This document shows, in pieces, positions 1 through 16,700 of a stretch of 64,000 bases of DNA (its first letter is position 1; the number at the start of each line of letters is the position of its first letter). The translations under genes were made by a program, and so were the position numbers. The DNA is taken from the NCBI GenBank assembly GCA_003344405.1, contig NOWV01000025.1, forward strand, positions 1-64,000. Direction: 5' to 3'. The DNA comes from Trichoplax sp. H2. Lineage: Eukaryota. The notes under the pieces were generated by a model that saw only the letters and a program-made list of their open reading frames with translations, did not search any database and was not told the origin of the DNA.

Positions 1-2358
1 ATTATTGTAATATCAATCTTATTAAGGGAAAATTAACTTCTACCTTATTTTGCTCATAGATAGTAACCAGCGATTCTCATATTAATGTCGGATGTAATTT
101 ATTAATTTTAGACCCTTATTCAAATTGATTTTATAAAGGTGTTTAACGCTCTTTACCTTATTCTTGCTCTTAGATAGTAACAATTCAATTCTTATTAATG
201 AAAGGAATAATATAATAAACTCAGCACCTTATCAATTTTGGGAAATTTTTAATGTAAAAATTCATAAATATTCGAAAATATTCTTTAAATATCGCTACAG
301 ATGATTAGCTATAATATTTAAGATAACATTAGCAGACCATCCTAGCCTATTGATTAATGAAAGACTGCTATTGTCCGCTAATAGTCTAAACTTTGAAAGT
401 TAAACTATTTCTTCCCACTAACCATCAAGTCTAAATAGTCATATGAGGAGCATTTGAAGTTATTAATTAATCTAAATAAAAAAATTATTACTTAAAATAA
501 TTGGCATCCAAACAGTTGTATGAAAAGTAATTAAAGTTATTAATTAATTTCAATAAAATAACCATTTTATTTCATCGTCTAGCTAGCATATTTAAGCTAT
601 GTTTCTTTCTTAGAACAGCACTAACTTATGTATACCTATTTATTATTAATTATTTCACTGGGGTAGGATATCACGTTGTCTATCACTATTCAATGCTATA
701 ATTTAGCAAGCAGTAGTTATGGTTTAAGGTATTTGTAACCTTGAAGCTCTGCAGAAATAATTTTCATACTTTAACATCACCTTTAGTACCTCTAGTCCCG
801 GAAAATTCGCATATGGATATCGGATTTTTTCTACAGTAATAGCCATAATGTCAAATAAATGTTTACGAAAGTTGCTCTTTCTAGCTGTTTTGCTCATTAA
901 TACCGTCATAATTCTCGGGAGTTGTATTCATGCTTATCTAATACCATTAAATATGCATTAACATAGCCATTATAGCACATGTTTTAACAAGCTGATATTT
1001 TTTAAGTCCTATAATCTATTACTGAAATTAATACACAGTTCTTGTAACTAAGAGAAGTTCTCTCTATATTTTAAACCTACAACCAATCTAATAGCTGATT
1101 ATTTAATCAGGCCTATTTTCTACCAATAAGACAAATTTTAAGCCTGCAAAACAGTGACTACGCGAAACCATCAACGTAAAAGAATTTATAATTTAATAAC
1201 CTATTAACTATATGCTGCACAAAATGATTCAGTTCGGAAATAATACAATATATTATTCCGATTTAAAATATTAAACACCAAGATGGAGCCTATGTTTCAT
1301 ACAGCAAATGATCTAGTTTCAGTAAATTAATTATAATAACCTTACTTTACTTGTAAATGTACTCGTGATGAAGCAGAAGCTAGGTGTATTCTATAACATT
1401 AACAATTACTAAACAGTAAACCATGAAATTTTCAAAATCATCCTGAAGTCCCGTATCAATTTTCTGTATATTAACTATCTTTAGCTCTATTTTAATTTAG
1501 CCATTTGATAAACCAACCCAAAATGAAAATACATAGGTTTAACGACAATAAAATATACGGTACAAGCTATCTAGTAATAAATCAAAATCGCAAGCCTGAC
1601 TGATTGCATTACAATAATTCCCTTATTACTAAAAGTCTACGTAAGCTCTATATCTCTAGAAGATTGTATATGCTTAACGCTAGTAAGCTATAATAAGATT
1701 TTTAGCATTAAGAACTATACGATTGCCTCCTCTATTAAAATAGCCTAATGTAGTGTATATATAATCGCTGGACAAATATGTTTTACCTACCATTGCATTG
1801 GATAGAATACACTAATAGACGAAGGTATCCAGAAATAAATTGAAATTTCGGTTTTTCTTATAGCCCGAAACTAAATATCATGCGAAAGTACGTAAAAATA
1901 TCGGTATCATAAACCTATTTTCGATATTTCTTAAGAAGCAGAATCAATTCAAGTATTTTATATCATTCTAATTTCATGGCTATAATCGATAGCACATTCC
2001 TAATGTAGTACTTTCTAAGAAATAACATCAATTTAAATAATTTTCATATTTGTATGAATTCTAATTTTATGATCACAATTGATAGCAAAATATTAAGTTC
2101 TATAGAACGTCTTCACAAAACAATTTCATTAAGTATGATGCATACATTCAGTAATAATGGGATTTTAACTATAATGACAGCTACTATTAAATAAACAATA
2201 TTTAAAAAACTCCAACCTAAATTTTCCAATAGTAGTTTTAGATTCATCATTAATTCGCTATTCGTAGATTTATCTACAGAAGCCAGGAATAGATTGCCTT
2301 ACTTAAAATTTATTAATGCTTCTACCTTTAAGTTTCTTTTATTTCAAAGATGATATGA

Positions 2359-3210
2359 CTATTGTATATTTTATTAATATAATAAATGAAGATTAGAAGT
2401 TTACGATTTTTAAATACATTATCTTCTTCCATTGAATTTAATTCCGATTTTATAAAGAAATTAAAAATTCTGAATAAACGATTCAACAATAAATAGCCTT
2501 TAGATATGGTAAAACAAAGTAATTTTAACTCAAATTAGCATACAGTACTACTTAATAGAATCGAGATAGTAGATGATTATATCAATTTATTAATTAAACT
2601 ATGCTGTGTCTATAATTGAATTATTTACCCAAGCACTAACATAAAATGAAACTTTATAAGTAAATTGACTTCATTATTGCACAAACAAAGCTCAGTCTGG
2701 TCATTGCTAATAGGAATAAATGAATTGACTGAATTTATTTAACCTGGTCATCACTAATAGTAATATTGTATCTCAAAGTGTTGCATACCACCAGAACTAT
2801 TAAGCATAAATATATTTGGTGAGAAAATTTCGTATCTATTATTAATTTGATAAACTATCTTAATCAATTCAATAGAGAAGTAAGCAATTGTTATGAAAGT
2901 AACCAACGGTAAATAGCTTGCTATCAAGTAAAACAATTATTGAAAATTTAGTAATTGAAATAGATGAAGTAATGCTTTTACATATCATTAAATCTGTTAT
3001 ACGTGAGTAATGACATTTTATTCAATGGACATATTGATCTAGGCCTTTTTTTCCTGTTCAAGCTTACTTATCTCCAATAGATTAACGTTGTTCAGTTATT
3101 TATCAAAGCCTGTTATTCCTCATTATCACCTATTGTATATTTTATTAATATAATAAATAGAAGAATAGAAGTTTACGATTTATTAAATACATTATCTTCT
3201 TCCATTGAAT
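2359..3210 (+). repeat. Dispersed direct repeat of about 80 bp (2359..2437 and 3130..3210)
   Basis: CTATTGTATATTTTATTAATATAATAAAT...TAGAAGTTTACGATTT...TAAATACATTATCTTCTTCCATTGAAT occurs twice with a few differences. Confidence 0.85.
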
Positions 3211-6200
3211 CGCCAACTATTCTATAGCATTGTTTTCTAAGCAACCGATTAAAGTAATGATTTAAAGTACGCAATAGACATGCTAAAATCATAAAAACGT
3301 TTCTCATTATTAATGGTGCAAAATAAACCAATAGTAAATAACATCACAACAACTCTGCACTGGATATAGTATCATAATCATACTATCTTCGGAAGAACTG
3401 TCACGTTTACTGTACAACTCTATATCAAGAATGCAAGGTGCCACCGACCATCAATAGAATGTCATTTTAAGCTATCTTGAATCTTGCTGATTACGATAAA
3501 ATTAAATCCTGTATTGAAAATTGATTGATATTCTTCTGTGCAAACGAAAAGGGGTAATATAGTGCCATAACTACACTTGCGACACAAGAAAACCGACACA
3601 GTACTTATGATAAACTTAACTTTAATCCGTAGAACTATTTCCCTGGCCTACGGTATCGTAACTGAATTCCTTGCGAAGTATTAACTCGCTCAACACAATA
3701 TACGATATAGAACTATCACACAACTTAGCCTTAACCTGAATCACTTTTTATTGATCACAGTGCTTCTGATATACTCTTTCAGTAGTTATAAACATATTTA
3801 CTATACTATTAACATATTTCATTAACAAACATGTTATTACGATTGAATTATCAGATACGGACATTCAAGGTAATAAAACAATTTCATAAGTAAATCTACT
3901 TCGAGTATAAGCCCTGTCAAGCTCCTATGTTCTCGATACTTACTTGTAACATATTACTATATCATCATAATATCGTAATAAATTAGGTTGTTACTAACAA
4001 TAACAATTCCTAAAGTAGTAATTCATACTTCTTAAAAGTTCAAAACAAAATGTTATCCTAAACTGCACATCCATATCTAAGTTATTTTGATGACTATGGC
4101 ATGTAGCGTTACTAAAGATCGCGTAATAGTAAATTAAAATTGATAATGGATTGTAATGCAATGTCAAACTTTCCATATTACATTAAGAACTTACTAATAA
4201 GACACAGTGTGGAAAGTAAATAGGAAATTTTATTCTATGTGCAACGGAAATTATATCGTAGCCTATGACGTAAAAAAATCTGCATATATGGACCAGATAA
4301 AATTACCATTACACGTATGACTCCAGATGGAAATATGCAGCACGTGATAATAACTTCTATAATCCATGTAGCGCTCAAGATAGGGGGAAACTGAAGATTT
4401 TTTTGCTCTCTAAGACTGCTCAACTGGATAATAAGAGCCAATTCGGTAGATGATACATCTATCTTTCGATCATCTACAAGATTGCTCCAAATTTGCATTA
4501 AATTGGCTACAAAACGGAATGAAATAAGAGTTGTTAAAAGCGAGGGAATACTATGACATAACTGTTGCTATGGCCGATACGATGTCATTAATCATTGATC
4601 AATATTAGCAACGTTGTTTAAACTAATAGAGCTGATGAAGTCAGAAGCTATTTTCCATTTTCCAAATGTTACGGATACCCCTAGTAAAATACATGTAAGA
4701 TATTTATTTACTATCACGATCAGTGACCATTTCTCAGCGATTATGTTTATAGAATAGATCAACAGGATTTATGTTATCCACTTGGCGTCATTCTAGCAGA
4801 ATGGTTAAAGTAGAAAAAATGAAACAATTAGTCGTCATTGTATCAATTATCCACTGCCTTGAAGTTGCCGTGATCCTAACTAAGTCATGCCAATTTACAG
4901 TATTAAAGTACCCTATTATGATATCCATGATCGATATCAATACTAATATATATTATCATGCCATAATTGAAGAAGACAAAGATGGAATTGCTTAATAAAC
5001 ATATTCCATATGTATCGTCAAAAATGTCTGGCTTAAATGTATTCATTGTCTTAACGACGAAATAAGAACGATGCGTTTAAAAAATTTATTACTTAATTAT
5101 AATTATATTCTTTGATAGAAAACTAATTTCGTCGTGATTTAAGCTTTGTTAAGAGCAAAATAAGACTCTATTGACTGCGCTAAATACTACAAAAAATAAG
5201 CAAAACAGAACGGTTAATTTATATGGATGATCATAATAGCAGCAGAAGCAGGGGATTAAGCCAAAAAAATTAGAAAAGGTGAAGAAACATCTTCGTCACT
5301 CCAGACTATCTGAATAGTAAGAAGGATTCCCACATTAAATAGCAGGATAATAAAGTACTTTTCAACTAATATTTATTAACTTTGCTTTGCTCTCACAGCA
5401 TAAATATCATGCTTTATTTCTTATCTTATTGATTATTTACGTATAATCTAAGTGGGAGATGATGATACTAATTAAAGTAGATTGTAGTTACCTACTCGCT
5501 AATGTCAAAAACTCTTGTTCTATCGTTTCCACCAATTTGAGCGTAAGATGCATAGTAACAGCAATAATTTATTGAAAACTTATCACTCATCCGTTACATG
5601 GATGTTTTTATTTTAGTAACAACGAATAAGATAATAGATAGTATAGAGTAGCTGTATGTATTCTTTTCTGGCTCTTTATCCTCATTTTCTTTCATTTGAC
5701 TTATTTTTATTGATCAATTATCAATCACACTTTGTTATTATCATGACATCCTGCTTTATTTTATCGATTCAACGCTTGAATATAATTTAGGTGTAACTTA
5801 TACTATTATAATTAATTATAGATGCAATAAACAATAATAATTAGATTCAACAATGGGCAAGACTGCAAGTACACATTCCGTTTGCAAGATAAAATAATTA
5901 AGATAATCATGAAGGTCTAGCCCGATATTGGCCTATTATCGTTACTAGAAATCATGTCTACTATCTTCAATGAACAATAGAAGCAATAAACTAAATACAT
6001 GTTTATGAATTAGATGCATCAACTATTATTCACCATGATGAATACCAGTGAACATTTTTTGGGGTTATTAATAAAAATAACTGCATCAAAGTAAATAATA
6101 GCAATCGACATAGACTTACATACATTTTTAAGCGTTAGCTCTTGCTTGAATATTAACGTTGATCATTACCGTTTATTATCAGCCAAGCCTTAAGAGATAA

Positions 6201-7780
6201 AGGGGAGGAGAAAAATAGAACTATCAATTATTTAACAGGTACAAACAATAAAACTGTTTTAAGTTGAAGAAGGATAGAAAGTTGTTCATCATATTGGATG
6301 ATTGTTGGTAATCGATTTCATCATATCAGCCGTCTTAAAGTCAGTATCACTACTAGCCGAGAAAAGAAATAACAAGAAAGAAAACGGAAAAATAGAAGGT
6401 ACTCCAAAAGTAGCCCTATTCAATAACATAAGTAGTTTGCAATGGCGGAAGAGAAAGAGTAATAATTTTATTGTTATATCAAGGATTAAATAATATCGAC
6501 TATACTGTAATTAAATCCAGTAACGATAGAGATAGATTTTTGTTTCGTTTTTAGTTAACTTCTAATTTGGATATACTGTGTTTTAATGTAGTACTGACTT
6601 TTTATGACAGTGACACATATACACATACTGAAATTAATAGTGATAATAGGGAATGCAAATCATCTACTTACACTTCGAATCATTGTGATTGTAACTTACT
6701 TATGGTAGATTGTAAATTATCGTGGAAATGTTCCGTAATAGGACATATCGTAATCTGACTATTCTGTATTAGTCATCAGATGTCTATGTTCGTAAATACT
6801 GTTGTCTGCATTAAGGGCGCAGTAGCTATAATTAATATCTAATTCAGTAAATGATTCCAAAGTTAATAGTACTAACTATGACTCATTAACTATTGAGGAA
6901 TAGTATATAAATGCAGTATATCGTGTAATAAAGTGGATTCTTAAACTTAGTGTTTAACGTAAAATACGAGGCGTTTAAGTCTTTAAGTAGTCTGCTAGTA
7001 GAGCAAAAGTGTTTCTGATAGAGCAGATATCGTTCCTTGATACACGGTTCAAGGAATTAACTTATTGATCGTACATTACGTTATCTTGTTGCAAAGCTGT
7101 TTTGTGACAAATATTAAAAAATTAAATTATTTTATTGTCAATAACTTCGTCTCCATCCGAATCTTAAAGGGAAGGGGAAAAGAAACAAGAAGAATAACTT
7201 TAATATTTAATAATTCTAAGATAGAAGAAAGCACTATTCAACAAAAATCCAACATATTATTAATGTCAGCAACTTTTACCGGCCTTATATTAATTAGAAA
7301 TAAATAGAAAAATAAATCTTTCTACCGTGTCGTATTGGCTGAATCATCCATGTAATTCAAACCCTTTTCCATATCTTTCTTTATTTAAGGCAAACTAAAA
7401 ACAACTACAAACAGACCCAAGACTAAGACATTTCAATCTGGAGTAAGCTTAAATGACTCTACCTGTTATGTAGTATCTATCTCATCATGACTACTTACTA
7501 ATAGCGTTGAAAACATATTATAATATCGCCAATATATTCCTACTTATTGAAAAATTGAATTGATAATATTTGATATATTGGTAACAAAATGAATTTCTTT
7601 CAAATTTAATGCTAAAGATTTTTAGGTAAATACTGTTAACAACCATTAGCTGCAATTCAGAAGTTTGTAATCATCATAATAAGCGACGGCACCTTGACTA
7701 CAAGCAGCAACATATTTATCAGTTCATATCTTGGAGATATCGAAATCAGGGCTGAATAAGCATTCAAGACTAATTTAAAC

Positions 7781-10700
7781 ATGGTAAGTAGAAAGAGAAT
7801 TAGTAAACTGTCTTAATGAAATCGCTGCAACCACTAATTTGAAGTCCTAATATTGTTGTGACTCAGTTAATTCTTTATCTTTCTAACTATTGGTAAGATG
7901 TACGGTAATCTTTCAGATCGTTATAAGCCATTAATCAACTTACTAAAACTAATACTATTATTGAATTCATTAACTAGCAAAAGTAATCAATATCTTATAC
8001 CAGTACATACTGCAAACAATTTCAATAGTAGTCTTCCTATCTGCCAAAGGCGTAATAGAAATTAAAAGTGAACATTTACAAATAAAATTTAAATGACATT
8101 GACTATCCAATTTCGTCTAGTTTTAAGTATTTCCTAACCAATTGACTATTAATTACCCAATCATGACTCATAATTTTTATAGAATAATGCCATTATCATC
8201 CGTTGAGTGCATAGCATCTAACAATTAATCAAAACTTATTTAAAGCTGATCAAGATCATGGAATAATCGAAGTCCTGTAGTTAAAAAATGACACCCCATA
8301 GTAGCCTATCGCTTTCGATTACAGCCTAAAACTACACAACACCAATTCATTGTCAAAACGATATTTTATTTTCATTTCATCCAAATCTGATTTCTATTGC
8401 GTTGTGTTACGGCATTATGTTGCCCAGATTATAGAGTTTAAGAAAGTATTGTTGCTGACAGTGTTTTAGTGTTATAGTATATAGTTGTAAGTATTTTAGA
8501 ACGGTAGTTCTTAGGCGTTATAGTAGCAGTACTATATTCTTACTAGATCTTTCGGTAGATTAGGGTAGTAATCTGTAGAAGCTACTCAAAGTAAATGCTT
8601 TACATTAGACTAGTAAACTTGCCAGGAAGTAGTCAGCGACACGCTGCTACATCCAACTCATTTGGTGCTGATATTTAACCTAAATGATTCTTATAGCCTA
8701 TCCGATAGCGACAGATCATCGAAGCTATCCGAATTTTTGACCTAAACACCTCTTTTAGTCAATGAATTCAAATACAATTTATACTCAAAATAAGTAAAGA
8801 TGTTAATATTCCGTGACATTGTATATCAATTGATCATTCAATCAGAGTTGAACATAACTATTGAATTCTCGGTCATAAACATATCAAGTTGTCCTGTTTT
8901 TAAACTTGAAAAATTCAGCGATAGAATAATTAATCTTTCCATTGTGATTAACTGCAAATTAAACCAGTATTAAGATTGATTTTGTATAATATTAAAACTT
9001 ATTTGATATATACGCTAGACACTATAATCAAGGTTCAAATTTGAAATTCACTCCTATCTTCTCGTAATTTCATCATATTTCTATCTATTGTGTACTTTAA
9101 CTTTATCTAAGATATTAATTTTTTTTGCGTACTCAGAACTTATCTGATCTGTTTTGAAAAACTTTCGGGATAAAACATCATGCACAAACTTAGGCTACAG
9201 CAACTATTTATCTATTATAATCTTTCTCGCTATTTTTCTAATAATAATATATCAATTAGTCTAAATTGTACCATTTAATATCCCAATCAACCATCATAAT
9301 CTTACAACAAGCCGCTTATTATACTTGTGAGGAAGTTGTTAGTCTTACTTACAGTATTTCTCCGTAGTTAGTTGGAGTGACTAAGTAGCTAGTAAGTTAG
9401 TTGATCACTCACATTAGAAGATAGTAGACAGTGAAATTACTCCTATGAGTGACATCAATATAAAGTTTCTAGATAAAAATTTTTATGAAAGAATATCGAC
9501 CTAAAATCTTAGCAATTTCTAGCCTCAGCGAATTAAATAATTTTAGCTAGAATATTTACAGCTAACGAAGCGATAGATGTATAATTGCTGCATCATGTAG
9601 AATCTAAAAGTCTCTAGTGACTATATTTATAACATGAGTTATCAGGACCAATGATCAGACCAACGATCGCAAATTGTAGTTGATATTTAAAAATACCTAG
9701 AAATCTTTTACATTTTTTAATTCTCATTTTAAAATACTTTGTTTAAAATTTAGATAAATGTAAACTTTTTTGCATTACTGTTACGGATTTACTAGCGTCT
9801 CTGTATCTAATTATATGATTTCTTGTATCGTATTCATATCGGTTGTATTGCAACCTTATCAGAGCTTAACGGCACTAGTTCTGTTCCGTACTAGATCAGT
9901 ATAGGTACTGCATTGTACTGTATATAACTTGGTAAGAAATCAGAATAAAGGTAGATATTCACGTGGAAGCTTAGTTGCCGATCTCGCTTCAGTTGACTGA
10001 GAGCATACCAAAAATCAGACGCTATCGTTACGGCTAACAATTACCTTCCATAATAACAGTTACGTTTTATTTTGAAAGACAGGCATTTAAAATACGTATC
10101 AAACTCATTTACTTTACATAAGATTTCTACTGACGATAAATAATATACCAATTACAAACTGAATATTTTAATGTTAAATTAAATAGAATCAGCATTACCA
10201 GAATAAAGCTCATTAAAGTTTTAAATTTTCATTCAATAAGAAGTATTTACCAAGTTGGTTTAATATATTTTCCGTTTTAATTAGGCTATATTTTATATTT
10301 ACAGTCCAAAAAATCCTAAGGGGAATAAAATTTTAATAGATGCTGTAAACACGTCATATAAAATGGCAGCTACTATACTCTTTTTTTTGTATTAGAGTTG
10401 GAAATATATATGTTAAAAATTCAAATTCTAGCCTATTTCTATGGCCAAATGGAATGAATTCATGTAATGCATAACAAGTGGCAAACTTAAGAATAGAGAT
10501 AATTTGCTTTCCAAAAATGATCTAGTAATAAAATTGCTTATTCTGTAAAAGTATAGTGGATAATTACTTAAGATAGATTATGGATAATCTCGATTATCTC
10601 ATTTATCAAGAAATATACGAGAGAAATGAGTTATTAAAATCTTTGATATAGTTATTGGTTAATATTAAATTAGCTTGAACTAATAAATCTATTATTTTCC

Positions 10701-13700
10701 TCACTGTATTGTCTAGTATGGAATAATAAATCACATTATCCAGCTGTTGGTAGAAGAGAAATTCGGTCAAGAATATTGGAATGATGTAAAGTAAGTACAA
10801 TACTTAGTAGTTAGCATGGGAGGCAACGTATTCCGAAAAAATCGACTCAGTAAAGATAAAATTTTTCATGATCTACTGTATTGTTATAGATCATGAAATA
10901 GGTTGATTTTAATTTAAAATGAGTCCTATATCATAATTAATATATAACTTATCCCGTAGTATGCAACCGATGTTGAATGATATTAAAATAGTAATCTGAT
11001 ACAAGACGGCTTGCTTCATGATAATCTCTTTTCCTATCACATCTTCTAAACCGATATTATCATATCCGTATCGACACTAATGAATACTATCATTTTTTAA
11101 ATTAAGTATGCTCCAAAACAAACAGTTAAGAATTAAGCATAGCAGCTGATTCAGCCATGTTCGTTCATCTGCCCTCTTTTAATCTCGATATCTTTCTTTG
11201 ATTGAAAGTAATTACCCAATATCAATATTAATCCGATTATCTGGTGCGATATTCATTGACCATGAATCGTTAATCTATTAAAATTATGAAATCGATAAAA
11301 ATTAATCACTGAATAGTTAAAGTATAGAATTTATACATTCAAATAGACTTGTTTCCTCTTTATTCAAGAAAGACGAAAGATATATAAGTAATAGTTATTC
11401 AATATGTTTAAAATTAAATACCACCATTAAAAGAATTTCAAATATGCTAATTATAATTACTGGATCAAATCAACAAAAACAACAAGTATATACAAAAAAT
11501 ATTCGTATCATCATTGAAATCCTTACTCATGAAATATTAGTTTCGCACCTGGAGTAGATTGTTATATATTTTAATAGACAAACTGTAAAAAAAATTAATT
11601 AAATATCTAATACAATCTAGTATTCTAATTAAATGCTCTCTATCTTTTAGAATATGATGATTGAGTTATTGCATATTACAACATACCCATTAAAAGTCAA
11701 TACATAACTAGGCTAGTAACTATGCTATTTCGTTTTCTCTATTAATTATGATGTTAATCAACTATACTACCAGTAAAAATACGCAGTTTAATTTTTCAGC
11801 CATTTCAAATATTATCATGAATAATATGGAGTATTCGGTGATGAATGATACTCTAAAATCATATGTATACGGTAAAGTAATATCTTTCAGTAAGTAATAT
11901 TCTTCGTTATTAAAAATGAAACGACTCAATATCAAACCTTACAAATAGAGACGGCAAAAAAGTATAAAAATAACTTTCATATCTAAAAGTGGCCCATAAA
12001 AATTTTATTAGTAAAGTCCTTACAATTTAATATACATAAGCTTTACAAGCATCGAAAGCGATTTGATATTGGAAGTACTTTCATTTTGCTATATGTAGAA
12101 ATCAGTTAAAAATAACTCCTGTTAAAATAAGTAGAATTAACAACAAGTTCTTTCTACCTTACACTAAATTTGATTACTATTAGTTAATAACGGTAATTTC
12201 CAGCAAGAATTTATTTCGTGGACTATAATAATATTCCTATTTAAAAATTATTATAAAAGTAATTCATGATATTGGAAATCAAATATTCTTGTTAATTAGA
12301 TGAAAACCCCTGTACATCCTAACCTATTATTTTATATCGATCAGTACTATAAGTACAGTACATTAAAGTTTTCCTTGATTAACCGTTGGTAAAACAGATC
12401 AAATTGTGTAATCGATACAACTTTTCTGAAACTTTGATTTGGAGTCAGATTTCCTACAGCTACACAAATCATGATTAATCAACAATTTCCTCTCTACTAC
12501 TTGAAATAGCAATTATTGAAATTGCGCACCGAAAGATGAAGATAATTAATTAATTGATCATTCTCGACGATAACGATGTAATATCGTCAATATGGTAAAG
12601 TTTATATCTTAAAACTAGTAAACAGAATCTATTTTTACTTATTAATATTTAATGCAGGAGTCACAATGAAAACTTAGTTAGTTGCTGGGTAATATCATCC
12701 ATTATCTGTTTCTTTTTTCTAATAGGTGAAGTAGAAAAAATATTTTAAGAGCCAGCAAACTATCTATAATTAAATATAGTATTCTTTAATAAGTTAACTC
12801 CAAATTCTAAATTTTGTTCTATACTGGCGTTGTACATAAATTTAATTTGAATAATGATACAATATTTCAACAACATTGTAGAAATTTCTACCATTAGAAG
12901 TTGAAACTAAAATTAGTATTCTATAATAAATATTATTAGTAAAAATCTTCACTTCAACACATGCACCCGTATCATGTCAAACGATATAAGCTTTAGTACG
13001 GATAATTATATGCCTATTTTAAACCAGTCCTCTTACTAAAATATTTCTCTGTAATTTATTAGACATAAACGATTGATTCAATATACTGACTTTTTATACG
13101 CAGTCCATCGTTGCTAAGAACAGTGTGCTGTTATGTTATTTTAAAATACTTTCTAGAAAGATATCCTATGTATTATATTGCAGCTCCGTTTTCGATACGT
13201 GAAATAGAAGGGTTATCGTCTAGTTATAATTGAGATACCTAAATGCTCAATTGTATATACATCCATTTCGATTGTAGATGAGTATTAGTGCACAATTTTT
13301 ACTGTTAAGATTCCAGTTGTATAAAAAAATGTTGCTATTTCATTTAGAGATTCTTTATTCGAAATCATCACGAAATATTCATTTTAAAATAGGCCTTTAG
13401 AAAATAATTTTCAAAGATTCACTTTGGTTAGAATGATTAAACAATAGAGGTTGCAACTACTCTAACTTGTTTAATTAATACTCAACCCTAGCTACCACTA
13501 AGCTATCATGAAAATACTACGAAAAACCTCAATTTCAATCTATTAATACTGTATAAGCTAATATTGCCCTTCAATTGTAAAATCTGTGCATCTCGACTCA
13601 TGAATAACTTAAAAATTCAATCAACGACAACTGTTTTCACAGATTCCCAATTGGACTAAAATAACTAACAAGAAGAAGCATTAACCCTATAGCTTTCATA

Positions 13701-16700
13701 CTGTATTCAGTCTTACTGATTTATCAAACAATCTAGATCTGTTCATATTAGTTTGCCTTCAAATTATTGTAAGTACGACTATGCCGAATTTATACATTCC
13801 AGAGAAATTTATCACCTTAAAGGAGAAAAATTATCTCATATTTTCGATATATTGTCCTATTGTAAATACATCGTTAATATGCTGCGTTCAACCATATCGT
13901 ATTTAAATTAATAGATAACAACCCTGTCGGAGTTACTAATTAATGTAGCACAAAAACATACCTCCCAGACAATAACTAGTAAACAAAAGTTGAGAAGGGG
14001 TCAAGGAAACTATCAATTGGATTTCAAATATAAATCTGGCTAACAGCTTGACTTAATATGACTACAACAATTCATTGTCAGATCTGCACCTTTAATTAAA
14101 AAAATGAAAATTATCGAATTAAAATAGGTAGAGGTAAATAAGTAAAAACAATTTCTTGCTAAATTATGTCCATTTCCAATTAAATCTATTATCATAAGTC
14201 GACCGAATATTATTTATCCCACTTTCGTTAATCATTCTAATTCCGCATTCAATAATTACTTTCGTAATGCTCAATACCAATATACTTTAAAAAAAATGAC
14301 TGATTTCGGGAACTACCTCTTGAAATAACTTTCTGAATGAAATGAAAATATAACACGTACAATAGAATCGAGCGTAAATTTACCTTTTAACTTGAAAGGG
14401 TTATAGAAAGTTTATTTGATCAATCTGAATCATAACGACTTTATTCACGCGTATGCAGAAAAACACTCATTTATAAAATAATATTAAAGTAAATTTTCAT
14501 ATTAAAAATAATTATAGACTATACCCTCTATAGGATCACATCTAACATGACTTACAGTTCAAAAGACTTAATATTGAATTTCGCATTCATTACTTGCATA
14601 ATATTGCAAAATTCATCATTATAAATGTCTGTTTAATTTCAGCATCAACTTCTGATAAGATTGAATAATAGAACTAGGCTTATAATTGTGATAATAACTG
14701 ACATTACGTCAACGAATTAGCTGAAGTAGTCATAACAACAACGCTTGCCTGAATGAAAGCTTTAAATTTAATTAAAACAGACCACCGATTGGATTACTTA
14801 ATCTATAGATTGCTATAAAATATACCGTCGTAAGTGCTAGTTCTAATGTACTCTGTATATAGTTTATATAGTGCTTTAATAAAATTTAAAAATTAAAGCA
14901 GTTAACGTCATTAAAAGCATGTTTGGTCCTCAATTAGACTTATTCACTCTCTTCTACGTTGTCAATTAATCTTTACTTACAACGTCAATTTCCATCAAAG
15001 TTTGGATATTAATGAATACATTCTTCATTTATATCGATTAACTTAGCGATGATGCCTATTTAAAGTCTTAAACATATGTCCTTTTCTTTTTGTTGATTTC
15101 ATCATATTGAACGATGATTGCTTTTATATAATCAATACAATCCTTTACCTTATATTTTCTTTTAAGCTATAGCTACATTTAGAGCTAATGAAACAGGATT
15201 ATAACCCTATTTTCTTTAATAAGTGAAGAAATAGAAGATTTCGAGCTTGATTAGATTGATATAGCATAGTTTAGTCATTAATAGCAAGATTATCCTCATT
15301 AACTGCCTAGTAAACTAATGATAATATCGCGAAAAAATCAGATTCTACTATTGTAGATAAATGCAACTCTATAGAAACTAAATCTTTTACACTCGTAAAA
15401 TTTAATTTTAAATTTTACGTAAATATTCTTTTCATTTAAGCTATGTATGCATATGCTATAAATAATAAGATATTTCACTTTGCATAGGGAATAACAATCG
15501 CACAGATTATAATCACTACATGAACCACTGCGCTTTATTTTTTTATATTTCTTATACATTGAATGACTATACTCATATTCAGGCTTGAAATGGTTTCATA
15601 GTGTTTACTTTCATTGAACGTAAATCTTATTCAATATGAAATATGACATCTTACACTTAAAATAGGATACTTAATCATCATAGCAACCAAATTGATAAGA
15701 AAAAGAGTTTGCAACTTGATGTAAAACATTTTTATTGTTGATCTTTAGCTAAAATCTGTTTCCAATAGGAGTCAAATAGATAGAACGTATCATTCAAACT
15801 GAACCCAAGGCATTTATAAATCTTTGAGCTATTTCACAATTTATCTCTTGCTATAGAGGTCTTTGAGATGCTGATTTTAATGGAGTTAGGCTTTGCTATC
15901 CGTAAAAGATTTTTTATGATAGGCGTTTCTATTCGATTTTCACATAAAACTGAAAATTATTGCCTATCTATGGTTCAATTTTAAATTATTAAGAGAGTTA
16001 CCGTTTGAATCTATTTGCTTTTTGAAAAATATTCATTTTTATTTATTAAACAGAAAGCATAGTCTAGAAATAGCTTATTCATACGAATCCGGAAAATTCC
16101 ATTTCAATCTAGTTATACTTTAATTAACTTACAGCGTAAAAACAAATCAATATAATAATATTTGAATTAGCTGCCGAATACAGTATAATAACACCAATGA
16201 TTTAATTATCTGGCGTAGAGAGATCGATATTCGCTGGAATGAAATGGCGATTATGTCCAACTAATGTAGAATTTACAAATTTCCTTCGATTTAAATTCTA
16301 ATACAGTTTAAACTTACTATCAATATTACCATAATTTTAACTATATACTACGTAACAAAATATGGTAATAGCATGATGATAATCATTTATACTCGTATGC
16401 CATAGTATCGCTGAATGCATAAGATTCATAAAATGTCCGGTATATGCGTTATTCAATTTTAGTTCATAGGTCCTTTCAATTATCTACGAATAGAATTTGT
16501 TAATTTAATAATTAAATTTTAAAAACTCTTCATGATAACAAATATTAGAAATGATCAGTTTCCAATGCAATAGCAGGAACATGGTTGCTATTCCTGCCGT
16601 TATATCTCTCTTGCCTTACAAGACAAGAGAAATACTGTAGATGGCAGCCAAATCGTCAGAACTATCATTTGCAATAACGTTATAAGAAATTATAACCCAC

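Noticed and set aside
724..7307. Short ORFs in the first 7.5 kb
   Set aside because: Composition typical of random AT-rich sequence, with no homology recognised.
12592..12600. ATG|GTAAAG as sGC exon 1
   Set aside because: It lies downstream of exon 2 (10717-10790), and its phase does not match exon 3.
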